From the NCBI GenBank assembly GCA_964577685.1, contig CAZNZT010000005.1:4185-68184 (forward strand): a DNA stretch of 64,000 nt, given 5' to 3'. A program made the translations under genes and the position numbers. Under the pieces are notes generated by a model. That model had not been told where the DNA came from and did not search any database. It worked only from the letters and a program-made list of their open reading frames with translations. The stretch comes from an uncultured Methanosarcinales archaeon. GTDB taxonomy: Archaea > Nanobdellota > Nanobdellia > Woesearchaeales > JACPBV01. Positions 36,828 to 46,569 of the stretch are shown one piece after another (within the stretch, counting starts at the first letter, position 1; each line of letters starts with the position of its first letter).

Positions 36828-37898
36828 TCAGTTGACTATTAATAAATCTTTTGGTAATTTACTCAGAATCTCTATTTTATTTTTATTAGAAAGTAATCCG
36901 TCTTCTATTCTTATACCAAAATTTTTTAGATATATCCCTGGTTCTATTGTAAACACCGTGTTTTCTTTGATTTTGTCTTTTGATTTCTCTGTTATATTTG
37001 GAAGTTCGTGAATCTTTATTCCAAATCCATGACCAAGACCATGTGTAAAATACTTTGAGTAATTTCCCAAATACCCGACAGCTTCTTTATATATTCTTTC
37101 ACATCTTTTTCCTACCCTTAGGTTTCTTATTATATTCTTTTGTACTTTTAATAAGAAGTTGTATATTCTTATTTCTTCCTCAGAGGGTTCTCCTAAGTAG
37201 ACCATTCTTGTGGTATCAGTACAATAGTTCTTGTATCTTATGCCAAAATCTATAAGACAAAATCCCTTCCTCAGCTTTTTATTTTCAACCCAATAATGTG
37301 GTTGGGAACTATGCTTTCCTGAAGCAACTATGGGGGGAAATGAAGTCTCGCATCCATACTTTCTTGCTTCAAACTCCAAAAATGCACTTACATCCGATTC
37401 TGTCTTGAAGCTCTTAAATCTAGAAAAGCAATTTTTTAGTATTCTATCTGAAATCCTATATGCCTCCTTTATGGTTTTTATTTCTATTTCAGTTTTTTGC
37501 TCTCTCAGTTTATATAGATATTTTCTGATATCTACTAATCTAGAATTTCTAAAGCTTTTTTTTATATAATCCTTGTATAACAAGCTAAGTTCTTCTTTAT
37601 CTACAGCAATTCTTTTTTTTCCTATTTTGTTTTCTCTGGCTTTCTCCCTCATAAAATCAAAAAATCTAGTTTTTTCTGGTGTATATACCCTAAAACCACA
37701 CTTCCTAGCCTTTTCAAGCTCCATTTTTGGTACTATTAGGAATGGTTTCTCCTTACTTGGAATAATAAGAGCTCCAACACCGTTGTATCCTGAAAAGTAA
37801 GCAGAATTATAACTTGTCTCATCAAAACCAAGATTTATGAAAAGAGCAAAGTTTATTTTTTTCTTTTTTAAAAATTTCTGAAGTTCTTTAATCCTCAT
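36828..37898 (-). CDS. Xaa-Pro aminopeptidase / M24 family (creatinase-N plus pita-bread domains)
   Basis: THGLGHGFGIKIHE, EPGIYL, IEDGLL. Start moved to ATG 37898; the track's 92-aa N-terminal extension runs antisense into the M16 gene. Confidence 0.7.
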   Translation of the reverse strand: MRIKELQKFLKKKKINFALFINLGFDETSYNSAYFSGYNGVGALIIPSKEKPFLIVPKMELEKARKCGFRVYTPEKTRFFDFMREKARENKIGKKRIAVDKEELSLLYKDYIKKSFRNSRLVDIRKYLYKLREQKTEIEIKTIKEAYRISDRILKNCFSRFKSFKTESDVSAFLEFEARKYGCETSFPPIVASGKHSSQPHYWVENKKLRKGFCLIDFGIRYKNYCTDTTRMVYLGEPSEEEIRIYNFLLKVQKNIIRNLRVGKRCERIYKEAVGYLGNYSKYFTHGLGHGFGIKIHELPNITEKSKDKIKENTVFTIEPGIYLKNFGIRIEDGLLSNKNKIEILSKLPKDLLIVN

Positions 37899-37986
37899 TG
37901 TTTTAAGGTTTATTTGAGAGATATTAAAAGTTTTCCTTTTGATTATCAAAAAAAATTTAAATAGGTGGGTAGGAGTTGGATATGGA

Positions 37987-39195
37987 ATGATAAGAAAAAC
38001 ATTCAAGAATGGATTAAAGGTCATTATAGAGAAAAAACCAGTAGAAACTGTTACAATACATGTTAGTGTTAATGTTGGGTCTAACAATGAGACACCAGAT
38101 AATAATGGTATATCACACTTTGTAGAACATATGCTTTTTGAAGGCACAAAAAAAAGACCAGATGCTAGGGTCATATCAAATGAAATTGAAAGTATTGGTG
38201 GGGAGCTTAATGCTTATACTTCCAATGAGCGTACTTGTTTTTATGTTAGGGTTCCAAAAAACCATTTCAATAGGGGGATAGATATAATATCGGATATTAT
38301 ACAAAATCCAATATTTGATAATAGAAAAATAGAAAAGGAAAGGAAAATAGTTCTAAAGGAAATAAAATTGCATATGGATGAACCACGCTTTTACCAGTGG
38401 ATATTATTCCAAAGCACATTATTTGAAAAACTACCAGCAAGAATGCCTGTGTATGGTACAGTAAATAATGTAAAATCCATAACAAAAAAAGAATTACTGG
38501 ACTATTACGATAAGTACTATTTACCGAATAATATGGTAATCTCTATTGTTGGAAAAGTAGGAAATATAGTAGGTATTGTAGAAGAGAAATTCAAATATTT
38601 CAAAAAGAAAAAATTAATAGAAAATAGGTTAATAAAAGAGCCAAAACAGAAGAAAGTTATAAAAAGAGAGAAACGGAAGATTTTTAGTTCTTATTTGGTC
38701 CTAGGATATAAAACAGTACCAAGAACAAACAGAGATTCTTATGTCCTGGATATAATAAAGGCTATTCTTGGAAGAGGCCAATCTGGGAAAATATTCGATG
38801 AAATTAGAAATAAGAAAGGTTTGGCTTACGAGGTTGGGGTCCACCACGAAGTTTGTTCTCGCTATGGTTTTTTTGCTGTTTATTTGAATACAGACAAAAG
38901 AAACATCAAAGAAGTCGTCAGAATAATAACAAATGAATTCAAAAAATTGGAGAATATTACAGATAAAGAAATAAAAGAAGCTAAAGGATTCCTCATAGGC
39001 CAACACATCTTAAAAAATGAAGACACAAAAGAAAGGGCTGATGAGCTAGGGTTTTGGGAAGGTATAAAAGATGCGAGATTATCTGATGAGTATATAAGAA
39101 AGATAAAAGAAATAAAAGTTAATGATATAAAAAGGATAGCAAAGAAATATTTAACAGAAAAATATGTTCTTACAATAATAGAACAAGAAAAATAG
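37987..39195 (+). CDS. M16-family zinc peptidase (insulinase-like)
   Basis: HFVEHMLFEGT (HxxEH inverted zincin). The track start 37939 is TTG; ATG 37987 (MIRKTFKNGLKVII) is preferred. Confidence 0.7.
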   Translation: MIRKTFKNGLKVIIEKKPVETVTIHVSVNVGSNNETPDNNGISHFVEHMLFEGTKKRPDARVISNEIESIGGELNAYTSNERTCFYVRVPKNHFNRGIDIISDIIQNPIFDNRKIEKERKIVLKEIKLHMDEPRFYQWILFQSTLFEKLPARMPVYGTVNNVKSITKKELLDYYDKYYLPNNMVISIVGKVGNIVGIVEEKFKYFKKKKLIENRLIKEPKQKKVIKREKRKIFSSYLVLGYKTVPRTNRDSYVLDIIKAILGRGQSGKIFDEIRNKKGLAYEVGVHHEVCSRYGFFAVYLNTDKRNIKEVVRIITNEFKKLENITDKEIKEAKGFLIGQHILKNEDTKERADELGFWEGIKDARLSDEYIRKIKEIKVNDIKRIAKKYLTEKYVLTIIEQEK

Positions 39196-39240
39196 AATAA
39201 AAAATACAGTTAATATTTTAAAAATTTTTATTTGGGAAGA

Positions 39241-40314
39241 CTATCGTGTAATTTCAAAAGCGTTTATTTTATCCAACAGCTCTCTTGGTTTTCCTTTCTC
39301 AAAATGTTTTCTTATTGGTTCAATAAGTTTGTTAATATAAAAAGAAACAGCATTCTTTAGATCCATTGGATGCAATTCTCCTGTTGAATAAACTTTTACC
39401 AATTCGTCAAAATTGTGGAGAAGAATATCTCCACCAAATTTTTTAGGTCTTTCTATTTTTATCTCCTTAAATTTCTCAAACAAGATATACTTACAATACT
39501 CAATTACTGGATTTTCTTTGATTTCTTTTTCGGGGCAGTATGCTTTATTTATCTTTCTTTTAATGTCTTCTTCAGAATCAGTCATAAATATAGCAGTATC
39601 TGGCTTTGATTTTGACATTTTCATTTCTATTCCCCTTTCAACACCGCTTAATCCTGATTTCGGTGGCTTACCTAACCCCATAAGCATATGGTGATGGACA
39701 GCTATAGGTTTAGAAAAACCTAGTTTTGGTGCTATTTCTCTGGCAAGGACATTAACCTTTCTTTGGTCAAGGCCTAACTGTGCAATATCAACTTCTAAAT
39801 GAAATATATCCGCTGCTTGCATACAAGGATAAAGTATCTGTGAAGCCTGTAAGGTCTCTTTTTCACTTCTACCCATAATTTGACTACATCTTATTATTCT
39901 ATTTATGGTATTGTTTCTTGCTACCTGCATGACCTTCATCCAATACGATTCCTCCCTAACTAAATCTGAGGCCCATATAATTTCAACCTTTGAGAAATCA
40001 ACTCCTGCTGCCTTCCATACCTCCATAAAATAATCTCCAGCCGTTTTTATGTTATCAAGGTTACCACCAAGTTTATTATTTGCCCATGCATGCCAATCTG
40101 CTATGAGGATTTTAAACTTGCATCCTGCATTTATCATCTTATTAATGTTTATTGACCTGAGAATCCCCTGAGCAATGTGAATCTTTCCAGATGGTTCAAA
40201 TCCATCATAAGCTATGGGTTGTCTCTTATTTTCTAGAAGCAATTCTAGCTCTTCTTTTGTTATGATTTCTTCACCTACCTCTTCTATTAAACAAAGTCTT
40301 TTTTTTACATCCAT
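39241..40314 (-). CDS. tyrS: Tyrosyl-tRNA synthetase, archaeal type
   Basis: Near-collinear match to M. jannaschii TyrRS (AYDGFEPSGKIHIAQ..., KMSKSKP, KAYCPEKEIKENPVIEYCKY..., ELHPMDLKNAV). Confidence 0.9.
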   Translation of the reverse strand: MDVKKRLCLIEEVGEEIITKEELELLLENKRQPIAYDGFEPSGKIHIAQGILRSININKMINAGCKFKILIADWHAWANNKLGGNLDNIKTAGDYFMEVWKAAGVDFSKVEIIWASDLVREESYWMKVMQVARNNTINRIIRCSQIMGRSEKETLQASQILYPCMQAADIFHLEVDIAQLGLDQRKVNVLAREIAPKLGFSKPIAVHHHMLMGLGKPPKSGLSGVERGIEMKMSKSKPDTAIFMTDSEEDIKRKINKAYCPEKEIKENPVIEYCKYILFEKFKEIKIERPKKFGGDILLHNFDELVKVYSTGELHPMDLKNAVSFYINKLIEPIRKHFEKGKPRELLDKINAFEITR

Positions 40315-40402
40315 ATTTTCTGAGTAAGATATTTAGATATTTAAAAGCTTTATGAAAATTGAAAGAAAAAAATATATAAACTAGGATCAGTTATTTAGAA
40401 TA

Positions 40403-41263
40403 ATGCTATCTGTAACATCATTATCTACTTATGCGTATTGTAAAAGGAAGCTTTATCTCCAGTATGTTTTAGGAATAAAAGAACCACCAAGCAAGGTAAT
40501 AATTAAAGGAAGTTTGTGTCATAAAGTGTATGAAAAGATAAATAAAATCGACAAGGAATTAGTAATCAATATAAAGAAGGGGGCTACCTTATCTGAGATA
40601 AAAGAAAAATACAATAAAGGTTATATAGGGATTTTAACAAGTATTATTAAAGATTACAAAGCAAAATTAGAAAGTCTAAAAATAGAGCCAGTTGATATTC
40701 TTAGGTATTTATTTCCATTAATAGTTTATGAATCAGAAATAAGGGCAAAGATAGTATATGATTTTATTAAAAAGTACAATATATATGGGGAGGAGCTTTG
40801 GCTTAGGCTAACTCCAAAAATAAAGTCAGAAATGAAGATAGAGTCAGGTGTATTAGGATTGAGAGGTGTAATTGACCAAATAAGAATCTATGATGAGAGG
40901 ATTGTGCCAGTAGAGATAAAAACAGGAAAATGTCCAAAGGAAGGTGTTTGGCCTTCCCATAAGATACAGCTTATTGCTTATGCATTGTTGTTAGAAGAAG
41001 AGCTAAAATTAAAGGTAAACGAGGGGTGGGTCTATTATATAGATGAAAAAGAAAAAAGACAAATTCCTATAAACCCATTTATGAAATTAGAGATAGTTGA
41101 ATTAATAAAGAAAGCAAAGGAAACTATAACCTCTGACACCATTCCAGGTTTTGAAAAAAATCAGAATAAGTGTGTGGCTTGTGGTTTGAAAGAGATATGC
41201 TATGATGAAAAAAAGCTAGATGAATTGATAGAAGAAAGAAAAAATCAAAAACAGGTTCTGTAA
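40403..41263 (+). CDS. Cas4-like / RecB-family PD-(D/E)xK nuclease with 4-Cys cluster (standalone)
   Basis: N-terminal Cys (YAYCKRKLYLQ), C-terminal CVACGLKEIC, a QxxxY-like region in the middle. No cas genes or CRISPR array nearby. Confidence 0.6.
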   Translation: MLSVTSLSTYAYCKRKLYLQYVLGIKEPPSKVIIKGSLCHKVYEKINKIDKELVINIKKGATLSEIKEKYNKGYIGILTSIIKDYKAKLESLKIEPVDILRYLFPLIVYESEIRAKIVYDFIKKYNIYGEELWLRLTPKIKSEMKIESGVLGLRGVIDQIRIYDERIVPVEIKTGKCPKEGVWPSHKIQLIAYALLLEEELKLKVNEGWVYYIDEKEKRQIPINPFMKLEIVELIKKAKETITSDTIPGFEKNQNKCVACGLKEICYDEKKLDELIEERKNQKQVL

Positions 41264-41403
41264 ATTTAGTTTTTTGGGTTTATGAATGTGTTTCTTTAGT
41301 TGCAAGACCTATGCCTGTTTTAAAAATAAGACTAATAAAGAGAAGATTTCAAAAGTAAAAAAACAAGAAAACTTTTAAAGCCTTCCTTATTTATATTAAG
41401 AAT

Positions 41404-42036
41404 ATGAAAAAGAAAAAACCTAATCCAGAAGAGGGGTTATCTAAGGAAGTAAAAAAAGCGTACGATAACGGTGGAATACAATGGGACGACCAGTTTGGGG
41501 GATTTGTATTTCCTGATTTGAATGGATTATTTCATAAAGCAACAGAAGCATATGAGGGGGGAAGACTGGATGAAGCAGAGCATATGTTAAAAAGGATTCT
41601 GGGTTGTAACGACCAGATTCCTGATGTCCATTATAATCTTGGCATTCTTTATAGAGATAGGGGACAGTTTGATTTGTCTATACAACATTTTAGGAGAGCC
41701 ATAGAATTAAAACCTGATGATGCGGCCATATACTGTGAACTAGCTACAGCATTATATCAAAATGGAATGAAAGAAGATGCAAAACAAAATCTAGAACAAG
41801 CTATTAGAATTGACCAGTCTTATGCACTGGCCTATGCTAATCTTGGTGTTTGGTATCTAAAAGAAGTAGAGGGGCCTGAATTCGAATTAAGAAAATCAAA
41901 GGGGCCTACCTACATTGATGATTGTCTTGAAAAGGCGCAGAAGTACTTTGAAAAAGCATTGAATTTAGACCCTGAATGTATTACAGCAAGAAAAGGTTTA
42001 ATACGAATAGGGGCAAGGCGTAGTGCGTTCAGATAA
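41404..42036 (+). CDS. TPR-repeat protein
   Basis: Repeated W/LG/Y/A/F/A/P TPR pattern (HYNLGILYRDRGQFDLSIQHFRRAIELKPDDAAIY...). Confidence 0.7.
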   Translation: MKKKKPNPEEGLSKEVKKAYDNGGIQWDDQFGGFVFPDLNGLFHKATEAYEGGRLDEAEHMLKRILGCNDQIPDVHYNLGILYRDRGQFDLSIQHFRRAIELKPDDAAIYCELATALYQNGMKEDAKQNLEQAIRIDQSYALAYANLGVWYLKEVEGPEFELRKSKGPTYIDDCLEKAQKYFEKALNLDPECITARKGLIRIGARRSAFR

Positions 42037-42239
42037 ACTATTTTTATTAGAATCTCGTCCCTTAAGGCTTTTAATGGTTTAATTTTCTTTTTCATACTGT
42101 TCAAATATATAAATATCTTCAGAATGGCTTCGTTAAATTCCGTACTGCATTGATAAAAAGTTTATAAAATCAAAAAACAAAAAGTTTATATATTACTTAA
42201 CCTATCACTAATACAAGATATTAGGTAAGAGTGGTTTTT

Positions 42240-42503
42240 ATGGCTGGGGATGAAAAGAAATTTTCAAAGCAATTGATAGGTAAGACAGTCGTTTCTAAAA
42301 CAGGAAAGCGTTTTGGAGAAGTAGGTGATATCATATTCGAGACAAGATCTGGTGAATTGATTCATATGATGCTTAAAAATCCCACATCTTATGCTGAAAA
42401 ACTAGAGCTTGAAAAGGACAAAGAAGGAAATATATTAATACCATTTTCTGCTGTGATAGCTATAGGGGATTTCATGGTTATTGCAGAAGAAGACATAATA
42501 TAA
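42240..42503 (+). CDS. PRC-barrel domain protein
   Basis: LIGKTVVSKTGKRFGEVGDIIFETRSGELIHMML pattern. The track start 42231 is GTG; ATG 42240 is preferred. Confidence 0.55.
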   Translation: MAGDEKKFSKQLIGKTVVSKTGKRFGEVGDIIFETRSGELIHMMLKNPTSYAEKLELEKDKEGNILIPFSAVIAIGDFMVIAEEDII

Positions 42504-42538
42504 AAAGATTTTTAAACTAGCTATCTTTCTATATTCTT

Positions 42539-43504
42539 ATGCCAGAAAAAGAAGAGCATGCTATTTGGATAGAAAAATATAGGCCAAAGGATTTTTCAGA
42601 GATTAAAGGACAGAAAGAAATAGTGAAGAGGGTTAAAGCATTTGTTGAACAAAAAAACATGCCACACCAATTATATGCTGGTCCAGCTGGGGTTGGAAAA
42701 TCAACATTGGCCATAGTAGTAGCAAAAAAGTTGTTTGGAAGTGGCTGGAGAGAGAATTTCTTGGAACTAAATGCAAGCGACTCAAGGGGAATAGATACAA
42801 TCAGGGTAAACGTAAAAGATTTTGCAAGAACAAGAGCTATTGGCAATGTTCCTTTTAAGATCATATTCCTTGATGAGTGCGATGCTCTGACAAGAGAGGC
42901 TCAACAGGCCTTAAGAAGGATAATGGAGAATTATACAACAACCTGTAGGTTTATTTTAAGCTGTAATTATTCTAGTAAGATTATAGACCCTATACAATCA
43001 AGATGTGCTATTTTCAGATTTAAGCCGTTAGAAAAAAAGGATTTGGTACAAATAATAGACAGGATAGCAAAAGAAGAAAAGCTCAAAATAAGCGATAAGG
43101 CAAAAGATGCATTAGTGGATATATCAGATGGTGATTGTAGGAGATTAGAAAATATAATGCAAAGTTGTGCAGCTATAAGCAAAAATATTACGGAAGAGCT
43201 CGTTTATAGCTTAGCTTCTGTTGCAAAGCCAAAGGAAGTAAAAGAGATATTAGAATTAGCTATAAATAATAGGTTCATAGAAGCAAGGAATAAATTGCTT
43301 GATCTCATGCTTAATTATGGATTATCTGGTCTTGATATAATAAAACAGATACAAAAACAAGTCATAGAGCTTGATGTAGATAATAGAGAGAAAATGAATC
43401 TAATTGAAAAGTGTGGAGAAATAGAGTTTAGAATGACAGAGGGTTCTGATGAGTTTATTCAATTAGAAGCATTACTAGCCAAATTTGCTCTGGTAAAAAA
43501 ATAA
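42539..43504 (+). CDS. rfcS: Replication factor C small subunit
   Basis: WIEKYRPKDFSEIKGQ, GPAGVGKST Walker A, LDECDALT, SRC motif (ILSCNYSSKIIDPIQSRC). Confidence 0.85.
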   Translation: MPEKEEHAIWIEKYRPKDFSEIKGQKEIVKRVKAFVEQKNMPHQLYAGPAGVGKSTLAIVVAKKLFGSGWRENFLELNASDSRGIDTIRVNVKDFARTRAIGNVPFKIIFLDECDALTREAQQALRRIMENYTTTCRFILSCNYSSKIIDPIQSRCAIFRFKPLEKKDLVQIIDRIAKEEKLKISDKAKDALVDISDGDCRRLENIMQSCAAISKNITEELVYSLASVAKPKEVKEILELAINNRFIEARNKLLDLMLNYGLSGLDIIKQIQKQVIELDVDNREKMNLIEKCGEIEFRMTEGSDEFIQLEALLAKFALVKK

Positions 43505-43530
43505 TAAAAAAATAAAATTTAAAACAAAAT

Positions 43531-44460
43531 TTAGGTTGTGTGTTTTACTAGAACGCTAACTTCTTTATGTGTCTTATAATCATATATTACCTTGATATGA
43601 ACCTTCTTCTCAAAATCTCTTCCATTCACTTCTGGTGCAGATGTATCTTGGGTACATCTTACCAGCCTCTTGCCGCCATAGAGAGTAATATATCCTGATG
43701 TTTTAGTCCCATCTGACAATCCAGAACATTCAAGCCCAGGCAACCCTGACTCTACTTCTACCCAAACCTTATCTTTTTCTGGAATCTCATCAGAACAACC
43801 ACTATCTTTCTTTGATATCGCTCCAGAACCCCTATGTACTATCTCAAATGAGAATGTTATTTTATCTGTTCCTGCTACGCTTTCTTGGAAATTTTCTATT
43901 TGAATTGGTGCTGATGAGGAATAAACTGTTTTTCTCTCATTGACAACGCAAACTTTATCATTTGTTTCTGTTAAATCATCTAATATACATAAGTCAGCTT
44001 CTGCTATTGTTCCGTAAAGATAACAAAGGTCTGCTCTTATTGTATATCTATTGTTAGCTGATAGATTAGATTTAAAGTTAAATCCTGGGAAATTAACATA
44101 TGTTATTGTCCCGGGGATTATGTTTCCCTCTGAATCTATATAAGATTTCTTCAAGTCTTCATCTGGGTTCTTTGTTGTATTTGGATTACCGAAGTCAGGT
44201 GGGTAGAACCCTACAAGATTTATCTTTAGCTTCTCTTTTGGAACATCATATTCCCCTTTATTCTCCAGGTTTAAGGTGACTTCGAATGGATAATTCCCAC
44301 CATCATAGACTTCCGATGGAGGACTACCTTCTAAAAAGTTAAACTCTATTGACTCTGTACCTCCGACAAATGGTCTTTGTGTTGTTGTTTCCTCTGTACC
44401 TTGTTTACAACCAACAACGAGAAGCAATAGTCCTAAAAAAACAATTGTTTTTTTATTCAT
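43531..44460 (-). CDS. Secreted lipobox-type protein, paralogue 1 of a three-member family
   Basis: GGAGG about 10 nt upstream of ATG 44460 (the track start 44481 is GTG). MNKKTIVFLGLLLLVVGCKQ signal plus lipobox Cys. Shares the ...SAPIQIEN... block with the neighbours. Confidence 0.45.
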   Translation of the reverse strand: MNKKTIVFLGLLLLVVGCKQGTEETTTQRPFVGGTESIEFNFLEGSPPSEVYDGGNYPFEVTLNLENKGEYDVPKEKLKINLVGFYPPDFGNPNTTKNPDEDLKKSYIDSEGNIIPGTITYVNFPGFNFKSNLSANNRYTIRADLCYLYGTIAEADLCILDDLTETNDKVCVVNERKTVYSSSAPIQIENFQESVAGTDKITFSFEIVHRGSGAISKKDSGCSDEIPEKDKVWVEVESGLPGLECSGLSDGTKTSGYITLYGGKRLVRCTQDTSAPEVNGRDFEKKVHIKVIYDYKTHKEVSVLVKHTT

Positions 44461-44489
44461 CTTTATATAACCTCCTTTCACTTAAATAT

Positions 44490-45464
44490 TTAATCGAATG
44501 AAACTTCCTCAAAAATTTCTATTTCCCTCTCTATTGAATTAGCATAACCATATGACAATATTATGTTTATGGGTGTTTGATATGCCTCGTTTGGTAAATT
44601 GTCTTTATTTATTCTACAGAATATATACCCCTCACCGTTTATTAGATTTACCTCACTGCCAATCCTAGGCCTACATTCTGTCATTGGTATATTCCCAAGG
44701 GTTACTTCATCCAAGAATACTTTGTTCAAATCCCTCCAATCGTATCCTTTGTTTGGGTTTTTATCTATTTCATAATCAGGTATTACTATACCATTACCCA
44801 TATTTCTTATGAAAATCTTAAACAGGATATTATCTGATGTCACATCTTGCTCTATCTTGGTTACCGCTATAGGTGCTCCTTGACTCCCTGGGCTTACTGA
44901 TTCATCCATATCACAGACTTTTTCCCTTATTCTTGTGCTTCTTGGTTCTGGGTCAACGCATATCATCGGGCTGGCAATGGTTTGGTATTTGTATGTAGCT
45001 GTTACTATAATCTTTGGTCTGTAAAAAGGCATTCCTTGAGGTAAATCCATTACACTCATCTCAAACTCAACAGCAGAGTAGCCTCCTTGAGGATTATAAG
45101 AAGTTTTCCCCTCTAGTTCATCATTTTTTAATTGAATTCCTCCTCCACCAATTGGTGTTGAATCTTTAGGCAATATTTCCAATATATTGTTATCAAACCC
45201 GCCTATCCAGAGATATGCCTCAAAATTTTCTATTTCGTCTGGTTGCGGGAATGCTCCTTTATTTCTTACCTCCACAATAAAACTCACAGAGTTATCATGT
45301 TCATATATCTTTGTGGGTGTGTCTGCTGGAAAGTTCAAAACTAGTCCCTGTGTTCCTGTTCTATAGCTAATCTCCCGTGGTTCTTGTTTTTTTGTTCTGT
45401 TACAACCAAGACTAGTTAGAAGAAAAACTATTAGAATAAAAATCAAAAACTCCTTTTTACGCAT
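44490..45464 (-). CDS. Secreted lipobox-type protein, paralogue 2
   Basis: MRKKEFLIFILIVFLLTSLGCNR signal/lipobox. Conserved block ICVDPEPRS...KVCDMDESVSPGSQGAPIAVTKIEQ shared with paralogue 3. Confidence 0.45.
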   Translation of the reverse strand: MRKKEFLIFILIVFLLTSLGCNRTKKQEPREISYRTGTQGLVLNFPADTPTKIYEHDNSVSFIVEVRNKGAFPQPDEIENFEAYLWIGGFDNNILEILPKDSTPIGGGGIQLKNDELEGKTSYNPQGGYSAVEFEMSVMDLPQGMPFYRPKIIVTATYKYQTIASPMICVDPEPRSTRIREKVCDMDESVSPGSQGAPIAVTKIEQDVTSDNILFKIFIRNMGNGIVIPDYEIDKNPNKGYDWRDLNKVFLDEVTLGNIPMTECRPRIGSEVNLINGEGYIFCRINKDNLPNEAYQTPINIILSYGYANSIEREIEIFEEVSFD

Positions 45465-45551
45465 TCTTAATCACTCTTGAATATTAACTCTTGGTATATG
45501 ATTATATAAACTTTTCGATTTTTTGATTTTTATGATATATTCATAAAAATA

Positions 45552-46559
45552 TCATATTTTTGTTATTTTTATGCTTCTTAATGTTTTATCTTTATATGCA
45601 TATTCAAGTGTAACTACCAATGGAGAAGAGAATGTTTGAGTTTCTGAGCTATAGCCTACTTCAGATTCACATAGTATTGTACCTTTATTATCTTTGAGAG
45701 TTATAATTCCATTATTCTCGCATTTAAGTGGTTTGCCTCTTAAGGATGCCTCAATCTTAATTTTGTCCCATTCATTTGTATTGGGAGTTGTACTGCATTC
45801 TCTCTCTAGGGTTTCTTCATCAGTACTATAACTAACTACCCTGCCTGTTCCTTTATTAGCTATATAAACAATAAATCTTGGTTTCATAAGCTCTTTATTC
45901 TTTTGGTCTGGGACCATTGTTGTCTCTATCTTAGTTACTGCTATAGGTGCTCCTTGACTATCCAATACTATTGGCCTTATATTACAAGGTTTATTTTTTA
46001 TTTTAATGCCATATGGATCGGGGTCTATACATGCAGTAGCTATTGCCCTTGTCTTGTAACCATAACAATAGTTTACAATTATTTGTGCATTTTTTGTTTT
46101 TACAATATCATCTATTGTTGAATCTACTGTGAAGGTTATTATACTATAATCCCCGTCTGGATTTTCTATGCTTTTACCTTCAAGGGCTATCCTAAATTTT
46201 TTTTCGTCTAGGGTTTCTATATCCTCACCTTTAATTGAAGTGAGAGAACCTTTATTGATTTTAATTTCTATAGGTTTAATGGTGATATAAGCCATAGATG
46301 GAACTAAGAGGTTATTTTCTGCATCATTTACACCAACATAACAAGCACCCTTATTTGATATTTTGAAGGCGATTGGTAAGAATTTATTCTCAATAGAATT
46401 ATCGGGGGGTGTATCTTTTATGAACTCTACGATGATTCCTTGTGTTCCCTTGTAGATGTCTTCTGTTGTGAATGATGGTCCATGTTCCCTCTCTTTAGTT
46501 TTACCACAACTCATAACAAAGAATAATAAAAAAACCAAGATTAACTTTTTGTAATTCAT
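45552..46559 (-). CDS. Secreted lipobox-type protein, paralogue 3
   Basis: MNYKKLILVFLLFFVMSCGK signal/lipobox. ACIDPDPYG...KPCNIRPIVLDSQGAPIAVTKIETT block. Confidence 0.45.
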   Translation of the reverse strand: MNYKKLILVFLLFFVMSCGKTKEREHGPSFTTEDIYKGTQGIIVEFIKDTPPDNSIENKFLPIAFKISNKGACYVGVNDAENNLLVPSMAYITIKPIEIKINKGSLTSIKGEDIETLDEKKFRIALEGKSIENPDGDYSIITFTVDSTIDDIVKTKNAQIIVNYCYGYKTRAIATACIDPDPYGIKIKNKPCNIRPIVLDSQGAPIAVTKIETTMVPDQKNKELMKPRFIVYIANKGTGRVVSYSTDEETLERECSTTPNTNEWDKIKIEASLRGKPLKCENNGIITLKDNKGTILCESEVGYSSETQTFSSPLVVTLEYAYKDKTLRSIKITKI

Positions 46560-46569
46560 TTTTATATGT

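Noticed and set aside
37899-38174. 92-aa N-terminal extension of the M24 peptidase (track start 38174)
   Set aside because: It runs antisense across the divergent promoter and into the M16 gene. ATG at 37898 gives a standard-length (357 aa) M24 enzyme.
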